This document shows positions 1 through 12,000 of a stretch of 47,999 nt of DNA, one piece after another. Each line of letters begins with the position of its first letter. Positions within the stretch are counted from its first letter, which is position 1. The translations under genes and the position numbers were made by a program. The stretch comes from Blastocystis sp. subtype 4 (taxonomy: Eukaryota). Below the pieces are notes generated by a model. That model did no database searches. It was given only the letters and a program-made list of their open reading frames with translations, and had not been told where the DNA came from. Location: the NCBI RefSeq assembly GCF_000743755.1, contig NW_014569504.1:1-47999 (forward strand), in the 5' to 3' direction.

Positions 1-87
1 GAGGAAGAGGAAGAGAAGGAACAGGGAGTAGGTCAACTGTTCCCAGATGCTGTCTCGTTCTGCACCAATGACCACTGTCAGTTGTAA
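1..87 (+). CDS. 3' end of a gene truncated by the window edge; acidic tail ending ...PDAVSFCTNDHCQL*, possibly the C-terminal redox cysteine pair of a class II (AdoCbl) ribonucleotide reductase
   Basis: Frame 1 is open from base 1 to TAA at 85-87, and TGTTTGTT follows at 127-134. The terminal FC-x4-C-x-L resembles monomeric NrdJ tails. Only 28 aa are visible. Confidence 0.4.
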   Translation, partial: EEEEEKEQGVGQLFPDAVSFCTNDHCQL

Positions 88-515
88 TTGCTAATTATTT
101 GTAATAGTATGTTTTCAGTTTAAGAGTGTTTGTTTGGGAGTCATATTCACTTGCTATTTGTTACATGTGTGAGAAAAGTGCTGCAACGTCGACTTCCTCT
201 TTCCGTACCTAAAGGTACTGGACAAGAACTAGCAACAATACCATACGCACTACGTCCTATTTTGAAGTCTTCATCATCTCAAACAAAGCTTACCGATATT
301 TGCATAGGTAATCACAGTTGATCAAGTGCATTTGCATTGGGTCATTGGTATCAGAAAGCAAGTACCATCGAAGCAATTCCGTTAGTGAAATCGCGGTTTA
401 ATCCCAATTTTGGCTACTCTGTTTGTGCATTTTGTAAACACGGCGGAATCTGCCTGCAGGATTCAATGCATGACCACTTTTGCTCATTATTTCTTAAACA
501 CACATTGTTGAGAAC

Positions 516-1349
516 ATGAATAAGGCGTTTTTTGCTGTTACTCGTAAGTAGATCTCTGAGAAGTGTGGATTTGCTCTTTTTGTGAGATTCTCTAATTGGT
601 TTATAGTTCTTGCTGTGACTGTTTTTGCCGACTGTCCTACGGATGGCGTGTGGTCCGCAACCAAGCCCGGCGTTACTAAATCTGTAACTTGCGAGGGTGA
701 AACCTGGGGAGAGATGTACCGAGCTTGCATTGCTGATGGTGCAACAGGTACGTGGGGTAATCCAGATACTCAGTATTGTCTTCCTTTGTATCCTGCCGAG
801 GGTTATGGTTATGTCGATTTCTACTACTACATCTCCAACTCAGATTATCGTCGTATTCAGAGTAATCCTTCTGGAATTGCTGCAGCTATCAACAGTGTCT
901 ACAGAGTTCCTCAGGAGGAAGTCAGTGTTCACTATGTTGGTCCGAATCCTGGCACACCTAATGTATAAATTATTAATCACTCTGACACATAGTATTCGGT
1001 TGTTCAAGTTCGTGCCACTCGTACCAAGTCCGCTGCTTCTGTGTTCTACAAGCAGCTTGTCGCTGATGAGACTGCTCCTGAAGTAGCTCGTTACTTCGAA
1101 GATAATCAACGTGATCTCCACTACATCATAACAACCTCTGGTTCTAGTTCCTGTGAGGTTACCTACAAATATACTCCTCTTCTGCATGAGCCTAAGGCTA
1201 AGAATAATATGGCAACTGTTATTATTATCGTGGTTGTGATTCTCCTTGTCATCGTCCTTGGGTTTGTCGGCTTCTATGTGTGGCTGCAGATTAAGAGAAA
1301 GGGATCTAGAAATGGATCAAGACAACTTAAGAATACCTCAAAGGTTTAA
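516..1349 (+). CDS. Type I membrane/surface protein with signal peptide, Cys/Trp HRM-like (hormone-receptor-like) domain and C-terminal TM helix
   Basis: Exons 516-543, 607-962 and 993-1349 give MNKAFFAVTLLAVTVFA-DCPTDGVW..C..G..YRAC..GTWGNPDTQYC, then TM VIIIVVVILLVIVLGFVGFYVWL and KRK. TGTTTGTT lies at 1370-1377. Confidence 0.75.
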
Positions 1350-1369
1350 GTTGCAGCGCATTTGTGATT

Positions 1370-1377
1370 TGTTTGTT
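1370..1377 (+). terminator. TGTTTGTT 3'-end processing motif (representative; also at 127, 3167, 26540, 27395, 39310)
   Basis: An exact octamer recurs just downstream of plus-strand genes and matches the established Blastocystis polyadenylation element. Confidence 0.85.
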
Positions 1378-1397
1378 AGGAATCAATTCCGTTTGAG

Positions 1398-3132
1398 ATG
1401 ACTGAAAATCTCGAAAGCACGTTACTGAAAGTAGCAACATAGCAGAGTGATTGATTGTGTAGACTCTGGATGAAAAGCAAGTGATTGACAATTCCTATGA
1501 TTTTGCCCTTTCTCTGCATGCCGACCATCAAGCCGTTGTTGGTGTAATAAAATCGCTGGAAGCAGATCTCCTAATTGCAACAGAGCAACTCTCACAACAA
1601 TTCTGGGAATTGACTGAAGAAGCTCATTCTGTGATTCAGCATGGAAGTCCTGGTAGATTTTGAGATGGATACAGCTTACAGGTGTAGAGATCCGTGTTTT
1701 GAAATGTATTCCGGCTGAAGGAATTGACAATGAATCTCTCATTGCTGCTGCTGGAAAGGAAACACATAAGATCGGCTTTAGCTATTGTATGAAGAACAAA
1801 TGGGTCAAGAAGGACAAGACAAGTGGACTGATCACACCACTTGTTACAGATCCAAAGGATGAACTTCAAGTGAGTGTCAATTTGAAGAGTGATTCTTAGG
1901 AAGTCTTGTTGAAGATTGAACAGTCGAATGGATCTACCGAAAATCTGGCTCCTGCAAGTGCTGAAGCAAAACAACTGATTCGTCGTCAGATGCTCTCTCT
2001 TGTGTAAGCTTGAAAGGAGGATCTGAAAGAAAGAGTTCGCAAGTACTACAAGGTCTCAAAAGGTGAGAAGTTCGCTTTAGAGCGCCATAAGCAAGTGGCT
2101 GACATCACGAAAGAGATGTTGGAGAGTGGTGAAGAAATCGTTCTAAAACCGTTTGTTTTCCTCTTTTCGTTCATTGTAGATACAATTTCTGTGCCTTGGG
2201 AAAGGAGCCTGAGAGTGGTTATCTGCATCCTTTGCTGATGGTTCGAGCCGAATTCCGTAAGATCCTGTTGGAGATGGGCTTCCAGGAGATGCCAACCAAC
2301 CAGTTCGTAGAGTCCTCCTTCTGGAACTTTGATGCTCTGTTCCAGCCCCAGAGTCATCCTGCTCGTGATGCTCAAGATACCTTCTTCATTAGTGATCCTG
2401 CCACCACCTTGAGTGTACCTGAAGACTATGTGCCTGTTGTGGAGAAGATTCATAGTGAAGGAGGATATGGCTCATTCGGGTAGATATGAAGAGATGTCTT
2501 GAAAGTAGATATGGATATCAATGGAGTCGTGAGGAGGCAATGAAGAATATCCTTCGTACTCACACTACAGCAGTGTCTACAAAGGAGTTGTACAAGGCTG
2601 CTAAGGATCCTGAGGGATTCAAACCTCTTAAATGCTTCTCAATTGATCGTGTGTTCCGGAATGAGACCATGGATGCAACACATTTGGCAGAGTTCCATCA
2701 AGTAGAGCTGTTTGTAGCTGATCGGAATCTGAATTTGGGTCATTTGATTGGAATGATTCATGACTTCTTTGCTAAGATTGGTATCACAGATCTCCGCTTC
2801 AAGCCTGCTTTCAATCCGTAATCATGATATGAGTGTGTGACTGTAGATACACGGAGCCTTCAATGGAAATCTTTGGTTTCCATCCTGATCTCAACAAGTG
2901 GACCGAGATTGGCAATAGTGGAATGTTCCGTCCTGAGATGTTGCGACCTATGGGCTTGCCTGAAGATGTACGTGTGATTGCCTGTGGTCTGTCGCTGGAG
3001 AGGTGAGGACTGAAAAGGGAAATGAAAGATAGACCAACAATGATCAAGTATCATTGTAAGAATATTCGAGAACTGTTTGGACACAAGTATGATTTGGAAA
3101 TGAGCAAGAATTCAGCTCTTCCTCGTTTCTAA
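1398..3132 (+). CDS. FARSA: Cytosolic phenylalanine--tRNA ligase alpha subunit (multi-exon)
   Basis: Motifs [94 protein letters not shown] and GLSLERPTMIKY are joined across ~30-nt introns. TGTTTGTT lies at 3167-3174. Confidence 0.96.
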
Positions 3133-3240
3133 GGGTTTGTACTGCATGGAAAGGATTTGGTTACCATGTTTGTTTCTATCTATTCCTGAATCTAACTTTG
3201 ATAAAATGTAATCAAACTGTATTAAGTGATCTTCATAGAA

Positions 3241-4895
3241 ATGTTAGCTATCTTGTTCCTCCTCATCCCTACCCTTGTAGAGATGTTGAGTGACAATTGT
3301 ACGTGAATAGGATTTTGCTTAGTTGTAGTGAATGCTACCATATTGGAATTAACCTATTTGAATGGACTGTACTATCTCAATGGGACAATCAAAGGATATG
3401 GTACTAGTTATTTACTGTTAGACACAAATACTCCAGCATTGTTAGCGAAGTCCCAGTCTTCTATTGTCAATCCTTCGGAAATCAATGTAGATGATGATAG
3501 TACGATAACATTGGTGATTTAAGAGACAGGATTGTGGAATGTCCATTCCGATTTGGGAATCCAGGAACTTATTTTGGGTGAATCATGGAAAAAGAATGCG
3601 GTCATTAACAATCCGAAGAGTGATATATCGTGTGATTTGGGACTAGTTGATGTTACTCCGTACGTGTTAAAGTCGTCGGTGTATTTCGTTGTTCGAAATA
3701 TTAACAACTAGAAATGACATCGTTACTCCTCACTTTGCTGGCTGGTATGATAATGCAAATGGAATATTTGGTCTTGGATTACCTGGAAATCGTATCGGAA
3801 GTGTTTCGTTATCGGAATCTCTTCATCTTTCTTCCTTCGGTCTTTTCTTCAGTGAACCAGATCCACGAATCGATTTCAATTATTTTGATGGTATTTTTGT
3901 TCGATTCTCTTCATTGATAGAGACAATGAGCGGTCAAATCATCTGGGGAGAAAAGATGTCTGGTTCTTATACAACATGGTTCCATTATTACTTTTCCTTG
4001 TATTCATTTTCCATTTGTGATACGTCTCTCTTCGGTCCTTTCACTATTGCCTATCCAGCCACCATTAGCACGACCTCACGGTGTTTAACTGTTCCTATGC
4101 AAATTTTCAACAATTTAATTGGATGGTTACCGATTGAGTGCCCAATTGGAGAAGGAAGCGGACATTCCCAATTATGCTGGCTCAACGGTGTATGTGAATA
4201 AAAACGAATTGATCATTAGTCATGGGATCAATCAGAAGGATATCCAACCTTTGAGTTCCATCTGAGTACGATCACAGATACTCTGTTTATATCCTTGGGA
4301 GATCTGATTATTACCGATAAGGACCGTCAATAGTAGAATAATGAGATGAAATGAGATCTAGTTTGTGTATTATGAACGGAACTGATGTGAATCATCGAAT
4401 CACTCATCCTCTGAAGGTAATAGATTGATTGAATATCAGATGTAGACTCAAGGATTTGTATTTGGAACAATGGCATTGAAAGCATTCTATGTCGCAGTGA
4501 ATGTGACTGCAGGTCGTGTGGGTCTGGTACAAGTGAATGAAACTGTAAGGATAATGAGATTTATAAGATATAGTCAAAACAGAGAGGTAATTGCAAACTC
4601 AATCAGCGATGTATGAAAGGACAGACTTTTAATCGTGCATCCAACGAGTGTATGGAACCAAACTGTGATGCATATTACTTTATGACCTTGAATGAAGAGA
4701 AACATGAATGTCGTACAGTAAGGAAGAAAGATTGTCTTAATGATTAGCATCCCATTGCTATCATTCTGTTCTGGAGTATTGTCATTTATTATATGTGTGT
4801 AAGAGATTGAAATGAATACTGATCCTTAGTGTGAATTTAATCAATTTTGGCAGACAAGTCGATATCGAAATCAGTTACTTCATAATGTCACTTAA
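3241..4895 (+). CDS. Secreted/membrane-anchored pepsin-fold (peptidase A1-like) protein with degenerate catalytic motifs, Cys-rich stalk and C-terminal TM
   Basis: Hydrophobic N-terminus MLAILFLLIPTL. LLLDTNT sits at the first DTG position, followed by NGIFGLG, ATISTTSRCLTVP at the second DSG position and FGTMALKAFYVAVNVTAGRVGL. A Cys-rich segment and IAIILFWSIVIYYMC follow. Confidence 0.6.
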
Positions 4896-4936
4896 TTGTA
4901 ACCTATTTGAATTGGCTTTGTTAAAGCAAACATTCA

Positions 4937-7486
4937 ATCCATTGTCAATTTTGATAACATTTATGGAATTGTGGTAATAACGATGAATAAGCTCCAATTC
5001 AACCTCATTTTGAATGCCATTATAATAGATAGAACATGAAGAATCTTGTTTTACTGGAAAATCAAACACTTGGAGTTTAGGTAAATCTCGATGATGATTA
5101 TCCTACCAATCTTACTATTGATAACAACTACAGAAGTAAAATGAAATGCATCTCCAGTAGCTATAAACGATTCTAAAGCAGGATTGTCTATATCCTATCC
5201 CTTTTCCAAAATTACCTTCAATTCTCATATCACCTTCAATTGATACATTTCCTATCATTGAATTATCCATCATAAGAGTTCTAAGACAAGGATTCCCTAA
5301 ATCTTATTCAATTATGACACTAAGACTTGCTACATACAAAATAGGTGTACACCAAAACGAATTATGAAAATGAATTGATTCCAAACGAGCCAATCCTTCA
5401 ATTGAGAGTTCATGAACTAATGCAAAGGAATAATCTCCAGATTTCCCTTCTCCTATCATAAGTGTCTCTAATACAGGAAGATCTAATCCTTATACTCTGT
5501 ACTAAAATCTACCCTTTAATTGGAATTCCTCATAATCACAGAAACAATTACATCCAATTGAGATAGTCTTCAACATTGGACAATGACTCAATTTGAATTG
5601 TTTATTGGTTATTCGCTTGTCCAAATCAAATTCCTGGATTCTTCTCTCTAAGGATTCTCGTTGAACTGATTCCCAACCAACTGAATAGAAGATCTGAAGA
5701 CTTTCTAATGTCTTATGATTCTCTAAAACAAAAGAATCCAGATTTCGCAGTGAATTTGATCCAATTTTGAGAGTTTTCAGATTGGTGAAGACTTTCCAAT
5801 CAATAGTTGTCAAATTGACAAGTGAATTGTCATGAATATGAAGATGATAACGATTACACATAGCTTGGAGTTCTAAGAAAGACCGTGTCATAATGACTGT
5901 CGAATAGACCTTTGTATAATGATAATGAAGATGAGAGAAATCAAGGGAACTTTTGACTATCCATAAATCGAGACTTAAATGAATACCTTCAGTCGTTCGA
6001 GATGGTAATTCAATTTCCTTACTATCAGGAGTATCAATGAATGGATGTTCAAGGAGACAATTATGATACTTCAGACTAATGAATGAAGTTGTATTGAAAT
6101 GACAATGAATCTCTGGATTGATGCTGTACTCATATAAAGAAGAGATTTGAGACCAACTATCAAGTTCAGAAGTGAAGTCTTTAAGAAGAGGAAGATTGAC
6201 AAAGACAGCTGTATAAGCAATAGAACCATACATACTAGCTGTTCCAAAAGAACAAGAATTGAGATTAGGAAGATCTAATTAACAAGCATCATACAAATCA
6301 TACCCCAAATCATTACTGTATGTAGTGATCGAAAACAGAAATCACCAATTATAATTGTCTTCAATGAAGGTAGCTCTATTGATAAATTGATATTGGAATG
6401 AATACTTGATAGAATGAAAGATCGACACCAATCAAATGAACCACTATTCCTTTCAAGTACTTGTCGAATTCGACCTATCTCAATATGTTTCAACTGATTA
6501 CAATTGCGAATTATCATATCCTGACAACGATAAAGAGAACGACATCCAATATGAAGGTGATACAAAGCAGGCAACGATTCTAAACAAAATCGATTCACTA
6601 TGCTCGTATTTCCTTCATCTCGAGTAAGAGGTCCTCCAGTCATGACATTATCTCCAATCCAAATCTCTTCGAGATTCTTCAATGAGGATAAAGAGAACGA
6701 TGTGAGTTGGAATAACGAGTTATCGTTAATCACAAGTCGCTTCAAACGTTTTGCGTGCTGAATAGCTCCAGAAATGTCTGGTATGACCTTTGCTGTGGGT
6801 TCCACGTGAAGTTCGATTACTGTCTCATGAATCTTGTTAAAACCAATATCACCACTAATCACTAATCGTTTCGAAATGAACATTCCTTCACTCCAAATAC
6901 CGTATCGATACAATGAACCATTTTGATCAATCTCTATCCCAATTCCATCATACTTGTCATTGAAGTAGAATCCGATATAATGAATGATTTCCTTTTCTCC
7001 AACATCATAGTACTCGATTCCAAATCCAAAATGTTTCTTATTCACGTTCATTCCACAATAAACCAAACGATTCGATTCATTGAAGAAGTTACCTTCTTCT
7101 ATAACACCTTTTTCATCTACAAATCCTTCAATACGTTCTCCGGAGTTTGCATTATCAAAAATCTCAGGTTGATCATTCATCACAAGTCTGAGAGATTGGG
7201 CAACACCTGCAGAATAATTAATATAAAGAATTGGATAATCATTCTCAAAGAACACAGTGTCGCCTTCAAATTGTCCATTCTTGTAACCTCTCTGAAACTC
7301 AATTGTCCGATTCCCAAAATCTAGAAATCCGTGAATAGGACGTGATTCCGTAGACAGTTTGGCATCTACCTGGGTAAAGGATAAAAACTGAGATGCCAGT
7401 TCTTTACTGAACACGTTGACAAGCACAGAATCTAGTTATTATATTTCACAAAAGATAAAACCATATAATTCTTTGTATACAAACAT
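4937..7486 (-). CDS. MORN-like repeat plus BspA-type leucine-rich repeat protein (multi-exon)
   Basis: Start MFVYKELY|DSVLVNV across a 30-nt intron. MORN-like units are YCGMNVNKKHFGFGIEY and YIGFYFNDKYDGIGIE. LRR units include LxxLxIGxNSL and IGDFCF. The 3' end is probably made at 4937 by polyadenylation; the genomic stop would be at 4875. Confidence 0.7.
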
Positions 7487-7538
7487 AATGAGCCAATATC
7501 GGAACTGACATTTTCAGTTGAGTACCAACCGAAATAAC
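7487..7538. promoter_or_regulatory. 52-nt gap between divergent start codons; putative bidirectional promoter
   Basis: Predicted ATGs at 7486 (-) and 7539 (+). Confidence 0.5.
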
Positions 7539-8965
7539 ATGCTTCGTTTGCTATCTGAAGGTCGAAATCGGGTTATCTGTACCATTTCGAATGTACGAGC
7601 CTTCTCTTCTATGACAGGTACATTCATGCCTTACCGATAATCAGGTAGACAGACTTATTCTAAAGAATGAGTGGAACAATATTACACCAACAATTGCCAA
7701 CAAGGTGGGGTTGAACATTTTCAAGTTGCCTCTGAATCCTATCTGCATCTTGAAGAAGACAATTCTCTCATATTTTGAAGAGACTTACAAGGGAGAATTC
7801 AAAGTATTCGAAGATCTCTCTCCTATCGTCACAACCAAACAAGCTTTTGATGATATTTTGATTCCAAAGGATCATGTAAGCAGAAGAAAAAGTGATACCT
7901 ACTATATCGATGCCACACACGTTCTTCGTCCTCATACAAGGTTCTTTCCTAAGATTGTTGTAAACTGTAGTGCTCATCAAGTTGAGTTGCTAGCTAACAA
8001 TCTCAAATCGTTTATTGTTGTTGGGGATACATATCGTCGTGATGAAGTTAATCGCACGCATTATCCTGTCTTCACTCAAATGGAGATTGTTCGAACACTG
8101 GAATCTGTACGTATTTGCAATCGATTTGAGGATAGTCGAATCCAGATGTGATCATTAACGACATGAAGGAGGTTACAGAAGGACTCATTAGGTATGTGAT
8201 TGGAGATACTGAAGTAGATATTGGATCATCTATTCATTCCTAGTATCGTTGGATTGATGGCTACTTTCCTTTCACCAATCCATCTCTGGAAGTCGAGGTG
8301 AATTATAATGGAAAATGGATGGAAGTTGACTTGAGGATATGAAATGATCTATAGTTGCTCGGCAGTGGTGCAATCGAACATCAAGTCTTAGTTAACGCAG
8401 GCAGACCTGTATTCTTTTTGTGAGTAGATTAACAGTAGAATGACCATGGATGGGCTTTGGGAATTGGTTTAGAGCGTCTTGCTATGAGCATGTTCCAGAT
8501 TCCGGATATTCGTCTGTTTTGGCTTACGGATAAACGCTTTTTGAATCAGTTTGAGTGTGTGAAAGATGGAATTCGAGCAGGAATGAAACCTCCTGTTTTC
8601 CAACCGTTATCCAAATATCCTTCTTGCTATAAGGACATTTCGTTTTACTTGCCCAAGGGAATGAAACGTTGGAGTTTGGTCGAAGAAATTATGAATAGAG
8701 GATGATTTCCAATTCACCGATATGTATGAGATTATTCGAAATGAAAGCGGGGATCTTGTAGAAGATATTGAGTTAATTGATGCATTCTACAACAGAAAGA
8801 GAGATCAGCAGAGCTTGTGTTATCGGATCAATTATCGTAGTCATGAACGAAATCTGTTGAATTCTGTGGATTATTCGTATTTACTATAACTATTAGGAAA
8901 TCGATGCGATTCAGATGAAGATCCGAAATCAATTCTCCAATACATTGGGCGTAGAATTACGATAA
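7539..8965 (+). CDS. FARS2: Mitochondrial/MRO-type monomeric phenylalanine--tRNA ligase
   Basis: N-terminal targeting-like peptide [24 protein letters not shown]. Motifs [80 protein letters not shown], and a C-terminal anticodon-binding domain [12 protein letters not shown]...GVELR*. Confidence 0.93.
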
Positions 8966-9003
8966 TTCTCTTTATTAACAACAAACAAATCTAAGGAAGA
9001 CAA

Positions 9004-12000
9004 CTACTTAGATTGCCTAATCATCATGCAATTTCCAATTTTCTTACTGTTTATTACCAAATACCCTGAATGCCATAAATACACTCAATGGTAAGATAAT
9101 TAAAATGAGATAAGAGATCCAATGTAGAGGAAGACTATTGGTGTATCTACATTGAATAAGAAACATTATGCTTACTGCATTGACATATATGGAACAAATC
9201 CAGATAGAGACATTACAGACGAACATATCAAACATAGTAACCACATAGCAACATGACAGAATACAACACACCAGAAGTTCAACCATGTTATAGAAGGCAT
9301 TAGAACTAAAATAATCAAGTCCTGAGAGAAGAGATTTGCAAAATAGACTGTATTTGCTAGATAGTCATATCCAGCTGAAGGTGAGATGAAGACTGTTGAC
9401 CATTCCAATATCAATGCTTCTAGAATTCCAATAACAACCCATTTCAAATACTCTCTCACAGTAAATAGAGTACTTCGATTGTTCTTATCAGAATCATTGT
9501 AATATTGATAGATACGAGGATCATTTAACAACTGAACTTGAGTATAAATACTCTTGGTGACCATGGATACAATTGGAACAAAAAGTAGAATATTGTATAA
9601 AGTCACTTCAAATGAATTGAATAATGAAACTCCAGAATATGAACTGAATATTGCATATGATGTTTGAATGATACAGAATATGATACTCTTGTAAAAACTG
9701 TAGTTACCAATAGTCCATGAACGACTTACACTCTCAATTCCATGGACACACATCAATCGCTTTAAGTGTCTGAATTCACTTATCACATAGTCAGCAGCTC
9801 GTGCTGCTTGTTGACCCTCTTTACCTATAATTCCAACACCCACATCACTGTTCTGAATCATAATCACATCGTTGCCTCCATCACCAATGCCCAATGTCAC
9901 TGCACCAGTTGCCTTCTTCATCAACTGAACGACTTCCGACTAGTAATCATTCTTCCATCTCTTTCTTACCTTCTGCTTTGGGAATACACGGCAAAAAATA
10001 ACAGAATTTACACGCATCGCCAACTGAACCAGAGCACTGGTCAAACTCTCTCCATTCGGTTTCTCTTCATGATTCGTTGTGATGAATGAGAACATGTTGC
10101 CAGTAACACATAGTGTGAATGGAACTGTGGAATCAGATTCAATTCTTCGTTCAGCATCTTTCAAATACTTCATAACACTACCATAATCACGATTCTTATC
10201 AGTTAAGTCAAGTTTCACGATATTGGAGTCCTTCGTTCGAGAATCGATGATTCCAGTAGAACGCCCAATGCTGATGGCAGTATTTGGCTTATCTCCAGTG
10301 ATCATCCACACACTAATTCCACATTGGCGGAGATACTAGAGTTCATAATGATTCATTCGCTTACATCAATAGTCTCGAACACTTCATCTTGAAGCAGATC
10401 CTCAATACCACTCACACCAAGAGGAATGAGCTTAAGTTCAATAGCTTCATAACACTCTGCTTTCACTTCCTCACGGTTCTCAAGTACCTTCTCTGCTTCT
10501 GAGATTGCCTCAATCTTTTGCTGGAACTCCTCTTCATTTAGCTCCTTACTACCCATCACCAGAGTTCGTAATCTACGTATAATCAGGACTATTTCTGGAA
10601 TACCCTTTATCAGCATAAATTTGTAGACATTTCATAATCTCCTCATAATTATGTTCTAGGTCAAAAGAATGAACCACTCCACTCTTGCAGGAACGACTCA
10701 GAATCATATCATCAGCACCTTTGGAATATAACATATATCGTTTTCGTTTTGGTTGATGGACCAGAACACTCATTCGCTTTCGTTCTGAAGTGAATTCTAG
10801 AATCTTTGCCACTTCCCAAGTCTCATTCACTCCATGAATAGAAATAGTTACATTGTTCCCGTGCTTATTGATCAGTTCTCCACCCAAGAACTTGCAGTAT
10901 GAAACCAGACACAACTCATCTGGAGAATCACACTTGAAAACACCCTTATCAATCACAATAGAGTTACAAAGAAGAATTGCTCGAAGTGTCTCATCCAACA
11001 AGAATTGAGTTGTTTCATCATTCATTGAAGCATCTTTGTCATGAGACGATACAACAATTCTGGATATAATATTCTTAGTATGTCCTACTGAGTCTCGAAC
11101 ACATGGAGGAACTTCAGAATCATTTCATTCTTTGTCAACGTTCCAGTTTTATCTGTGAAGATGTAACGCACTTGACCGAGATTCTCACTCAAACAACTAC
11201 TGTTGCAATGAACATATCTCTCTGCATCAGGTACCTTCTCCACGAAAGGACTGGTGTTCTCAATGAGAGAGGCTCGTGAAGACACAGGACGCATTTCCGA
11301 AGTAGCTTTGCTAGGACTCATTACCAAGCATAGTCCTCACAAGTGTTCATCATGATCAATAAAAAGAGTATAAATGACTTTACATACTTCTAAAGTAACC
11401 TTCAGGGAGATAGGAATCACCGAACTATTTAGAAGAAGAAATCGCATAGGAACAATCACATATTTCAATGCATTACTCTGATCTGTATGATTATCAATGT
11501 ACCACTTGTCGATTGTTACAAGATTGTGTACTCCCGCGGGACCAAAGAGAGCAACCATAAACAGCTGGAAACAGAAAATGATCACAGTGAACCAATTGAT
11601 CATACGATCTGAATGAGTCAGTTTCATCTCAGGAGTTTTCTTGTTCATTCCAAACTTAGTCTCATTTCCTGTATAGACACACGCAGCATAGCTAAGAATG
11701 AAGGAGAAAAAAGAGAGTATTACATGAATTCCGTATTTCGGACGTGGCACACTTGAAGAAAGAGAGATGAAGAAGAAAGAGGAGCTGATTCTTTCTCACA
11801 GTGGATTCTAGGTATCAAATTCCATGAAAATGAATACAGAGCGGGGAACTGATAAATGTGACTATTGGGAAGAGGACACTCGATTGAAATATTGAGAGAA
11901 GATAATTCCTTTCCCACTTCTTCTGCACTCGAGTTGTGCGATAAGAGAGTTTGTGTAGGTGTAGCCGCTGTCCGCAGTTTGAGATTGGTCTCGCCATCAA

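Noticed and set aside
2547..2554. ATATCCTT resembling a U12-type 5' splice site (similar hits near 4269 and 8615)
   Set aside because: All lie within uninterrupted coding sequence (e.g. KNILRTHT). No U12 intron could be supported.
4875..4895. Overlapping convergent coding sequences
   Set aside because: Better explained by a poly(A)-generated stop at 4937.
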